Assembly: GCF_009914755.1 (NCBI RefSeq)
Contig: NC_060937.1
Direction: 5' to 3' (one strand)
Origin: the human T2T-CHM13v2.0 reference genome, Homo sapiens
DNA length: 64,000 nucleotides
In this document: in pieces, positions 60,349-64,000 of the stretch
Position numbering within the stretch: the first letter of the stretch is position 1
Layout: the number at the start of each line of letters is the position of its first letter
Position numbers and translations under genes: made by a program
The notes under the pieces: generated by a model
The model's input: only the letters and a program-made list of their open reading frames with translations
Databases searched by the model: none
Told to the model about the DNA's origin: nothing

Positions 60349-62432
60349 ATTTATTTTATTTTTAATATACACAAACAATATTTTTAAGCTTCCTCGTGTG
60401 TAAGCTAGTTCCTCTCCTTTGCCTCCTAGACTAGTTCACTCAGTCTCAATTATTAGTATATTGATTCTGCTTTCAAAACAAAACTCACATACAATCCTTC
60501 CTTTCCATGTTTGTTCTAAATGAGAGCCTTCTCATCTCAGGATGAGACCTCGGTAGTAGTTTCCTAAAGCACTTGTCCATCTATGGTCCCTACAGTAGTG
60601 ATCTCTGATGCAAACACCTTTCTGTTCCAGGCTCACAATGGGGAGCAGGCCAGCTTCAGTCACAACAATGTGGAGATAAGGAGAGCCATGGAAAGCAGAA
60701 GCAACTTAGCTTCTGCCAACTATTGCCATGTGAAATCTATTCTACCAGATCTTTGCAATTTCAGGAGATTGTAAATCTTCTGTTTGTTGTGGACCTGCTG
60801 ATGTTAGCATTTGGTTTTGTTTAATAATCAAACATTCTACGGACTGGGTCATATCTGGAAATGATAGCTACCAGTTTAATCTTGCTCCCCGCCCCGCCCC
60901 CCCTGCTTCAGATGAACATTTTCCAAACACCCCTTTTCTCTGAGTCAGATAGGAAAGGATTCCTGATTGAAATTTTCAACAGCTTCAAACCCAGCCCTGT
61001 TATTTCAGTGTCCATGGCGTTCTGTAAACTGACCTGATGCTCTCCATGCAAAACTTCCATTTCCAGCAGTTGATGTCATCTTCTCAATCCCAGGTGATCC
61101 CCTCATGCTCATTTTTCACCTGTGTTTGTTTTCCTATTCTCTTCATTTTTTTTCTATAATAACCCTCACTCCTCCCCACCTCTCCATTCAGCAAATTCTT
61201 ATCCTTGCTTTTAATATCAATCAAATGCTTGCTAATCCAAGCCTTCTTTCACCACATCTGACTCTTCTTTTCCTTCATTCTTGAAATTTTTCACTCTTAT
61301 TTTCTGGAATATATTCATTGACATTTTATAGTACCATTGAATTAGTAAATTTACTTGGAATGTGGAGCCAGTGTAGTCTTTTTTTGCTTTATTTTGGCCT
61401 AGGCACAAGAATTGATTTGTACAACACAACAAATTAGTGATACAGGTAGGATTCAAATCCTGCTTATAATTGCTTCTTCTACATTTCTTGACTCACCAAC
61501 AAGATTCAAAACTTCTCAAAGACAGAAACTATGCTTTGCATTTTTATATGCCTTTTATAAAAAATACAAAATACAAACTGGCTATATATATATTTTTTTA
61601 ATTTTAAAAAGCTAAAGAATTCGTTAGACTTTTCCCAAAATGGAAGCATTGATATTCCATCACAGACAAAGAATAAAGCTGTGTTCTATAAAGCAGCCGA
61701 ATATTGTGGATCTGTGAGCAGATTGCTTGTTGACTTTGCTGCTGATTTACTCTGCTTTCCCCACCTGGACTTCACCAAATCCACCTTGACATTGCCCTCC
61801 CTTCTCACATGCAGCGAATCCAGGTGTCATGTCTCTCTTGATTAAGCCCATAAATATTGATTATGCAGTTATTGGAATAACTGATGCTGATGTCAATGTC
61901 GTCCTAGGCTAAGATGGGATTGATTTATTTCCTATCACTTTACATAACTAGAGTGGCTGTTTCACCTGGAAAGCTAAATCGCTAGATATAGCTCACTATA
62001 GTTTTGCTCATGCACGTTATAACTGTCCACCTTGTGTTCAAATATAACTTTTGTGATAAATGCAATACATATACAATTATGAGACACTCAAATGAGACCA
62101 CAATAATACAATTTGGGGAACTTGTTTATTTGTAACTCATTCAGTCTTTGTTTCTTAGTACAAACAAGATGAGTGAATTAATCCAGGCTGTTTAAATATC
62201 TTCTGCCTGAGCAATATATAAATACAATACCTTACTGTGTTACATGCAGTGTATTCTTTCTTTACACAGGCACACACACACATTGTATACAATATTAGTG
62301 CATAAATGATTAAAAACATGTTAATCTGCTTCCCTCCCTGTTTGCTTTCAGTATTTTTCAAAACATAATACAACTTCACCACCACTGCCCTCCATGTGGA
62401 AACAGGCTCATTTTCTCACCTAACAAAACAAG

Positions 62433-62730
62433 GGCTGGGCACAGCGGCTCATGCCTGTAATCGCAGCACTTTGGGGGGCTGAGGGGGGTGGTGGATTATG
62501 AGGTCAGGAGTTTGAGACCAGCCTGACCAACATGGTGAAACCCCGTCTCTACTAAAAATACAAAAAAAGTAGCCGAGTATGGTGGCACGTGTATGTAATC
62601 CAGCTACTCAAGAGGCTGAGGCAAGAGAACTGTTTGAACCCGGGAGGTGGAGGTTGCAGTGAGCCAAGATTACACCACTGCACTCCAGCCTAGGCAACAG
62701 AGTAAGACTCCATCTCAAAAAAAAAAAAAA
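62433..62730 (+). mobile_element. AluS SINE
   Basis: Full dimer with A-tail; TSD aaaacaag at 62425-62432 and 62727-62734. Confidence 0.95.
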
Positions 62731-64000
62731 CAAGGGGGAATTATAGCTAGAGTGACTTAGATTAGATAACAAAAGAGACTTCCTGGATGACTACACTAAT
62801 CGTCTGAAAGATCACCTAAATTGTAGCTTTCACGCTCTTGATGGGAATTAGTGAGAAAGACACAATTAACTTAAGAAATGCCATTCTCTGTGATTATTTA
62901 TGCAAAATCACATACCTTAGTATTTCCGTGATGAGGCCAGATACATTTTAAAGGCAACTTGCCATTAAATAATGGGACAAAATATAGATTTTTTTGTAAA
63001 AAAGCAGAAAGTTAAAATGAAAACAAAAGACAAAAGCAAGGCCTTGTGGCCTTCAAGTGAGCTTTTAGAGTGCCTTTAGCTCCTATTGCTATAAAAAGTG
63101 AAAAGAAACAGATTCTGTTTCTATGGCTCACACACCTTTTATTCTTACCCATTTTCCCATCAGGATGTAAAATATGAACATTATACTGTTCTCAACTTGA
63201 AACTCTATCAGGGAAAATGGAGACTTGTATGAAGCCTCCCACTCCTTTTGTTAATCTGACAAGTGCCACATGTTGCAGCTAATATGCTATTCTGTTCTTA
63301 TCTCCCCAAATTCACATGTCTGAGAAAACCAGCACACAGTAGAAAAACAACCTGAATTCTGGCCACATCTCAAGAGTTAAGATAGGCATTAGTTCCTGCC
63401 TTAGAATTTCCTGACCTGGGAGTAAAAATTCCTCACTTAAGCCATGCTGTCATTTAGATGAGTTCCATTGTAATGGCATATCTATAAACCAACATTTCTG
63501 AATAGGTCCTTGTTTCATTTGGTGATTTCCTGAGGAAGTTTTGTCAGTGCTCTGATGTACAGTAGCCTGATAAGCCTTTCTTTAGCACCCATATATCACT
63601 CCTTAACCTTTAAGGGAGACTATAGGCAGCCAGGCTTTCACCCATTTGGGTAATGATGGTGCATCCACCATCATTTGAAGCAGATTAACCAGATGGTACC
63701 TCTACACAGAAACTTGCATTTTAAGCTTCATTAAGATTTCTCTACCAAAAATGTCACCCTCTGAACTATCTATTTATAAGTGAAAAGGTTTAGAATCTTG
63801 TAAACTTAGGAATACACATCAGATCATCTCTCTCTCTCACACACACACAAACACACACAGAACACACACACGAAATCAGCATCTGATAAAATTATAATAG
63901 TTTAAATTAACACATTTTTTAATAAGAGAGAATTACACCATTAGATATGAGAAGTAAAATCTCTAGGAAATGTTGAGCTTTAAAAAAAATTTCATTCCTT

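Noticed and set aside
60887-60903. Isolated double GC box (ccccgccccgccc)
   Set aside because: No surrounding CpG island; consistent with an interrupted poly-C run

Overview
AT-rich, repeat-dense primate (human-like) genomic DNA, intergenic or deep intronic. I found no recognisable host protein-coding exon, RNA gene or CRISPR array. The dominant feature is a complete young LINE-1 (L1PA2/young L1PA3-like, 8568-14598, 12-bp TSD) whose entire 5'UTR is inverted by twin priming. Its antisense promoter and ORF0 now point into an ORF2 frame that stays open for 1175 aa (endonuclease N-terminus lost, RT motifs present), while the sense promoter points out into unique flank. The window also holds about ten Alu/FLAM copies, older L1 fragments (one also 5'-inverted), MaLR/ERVL LTRs and internal remnants, DNA transposons (MER44, Charlie1a), L2, L3 and MIR. 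Smaller signals include a 36-bp templated insertion inside a THE1 LTR, a CpG-rich CTCF-like site inside Charlie1a, an asymmetric 85-bp tandem duplication, a tailless Alu, a compact TATA/CCAAT promoter-exon candidate and short palindromes. Repeat subfamilies come from my recall of consensus sequences, and boundaries of old repeats are approximate.
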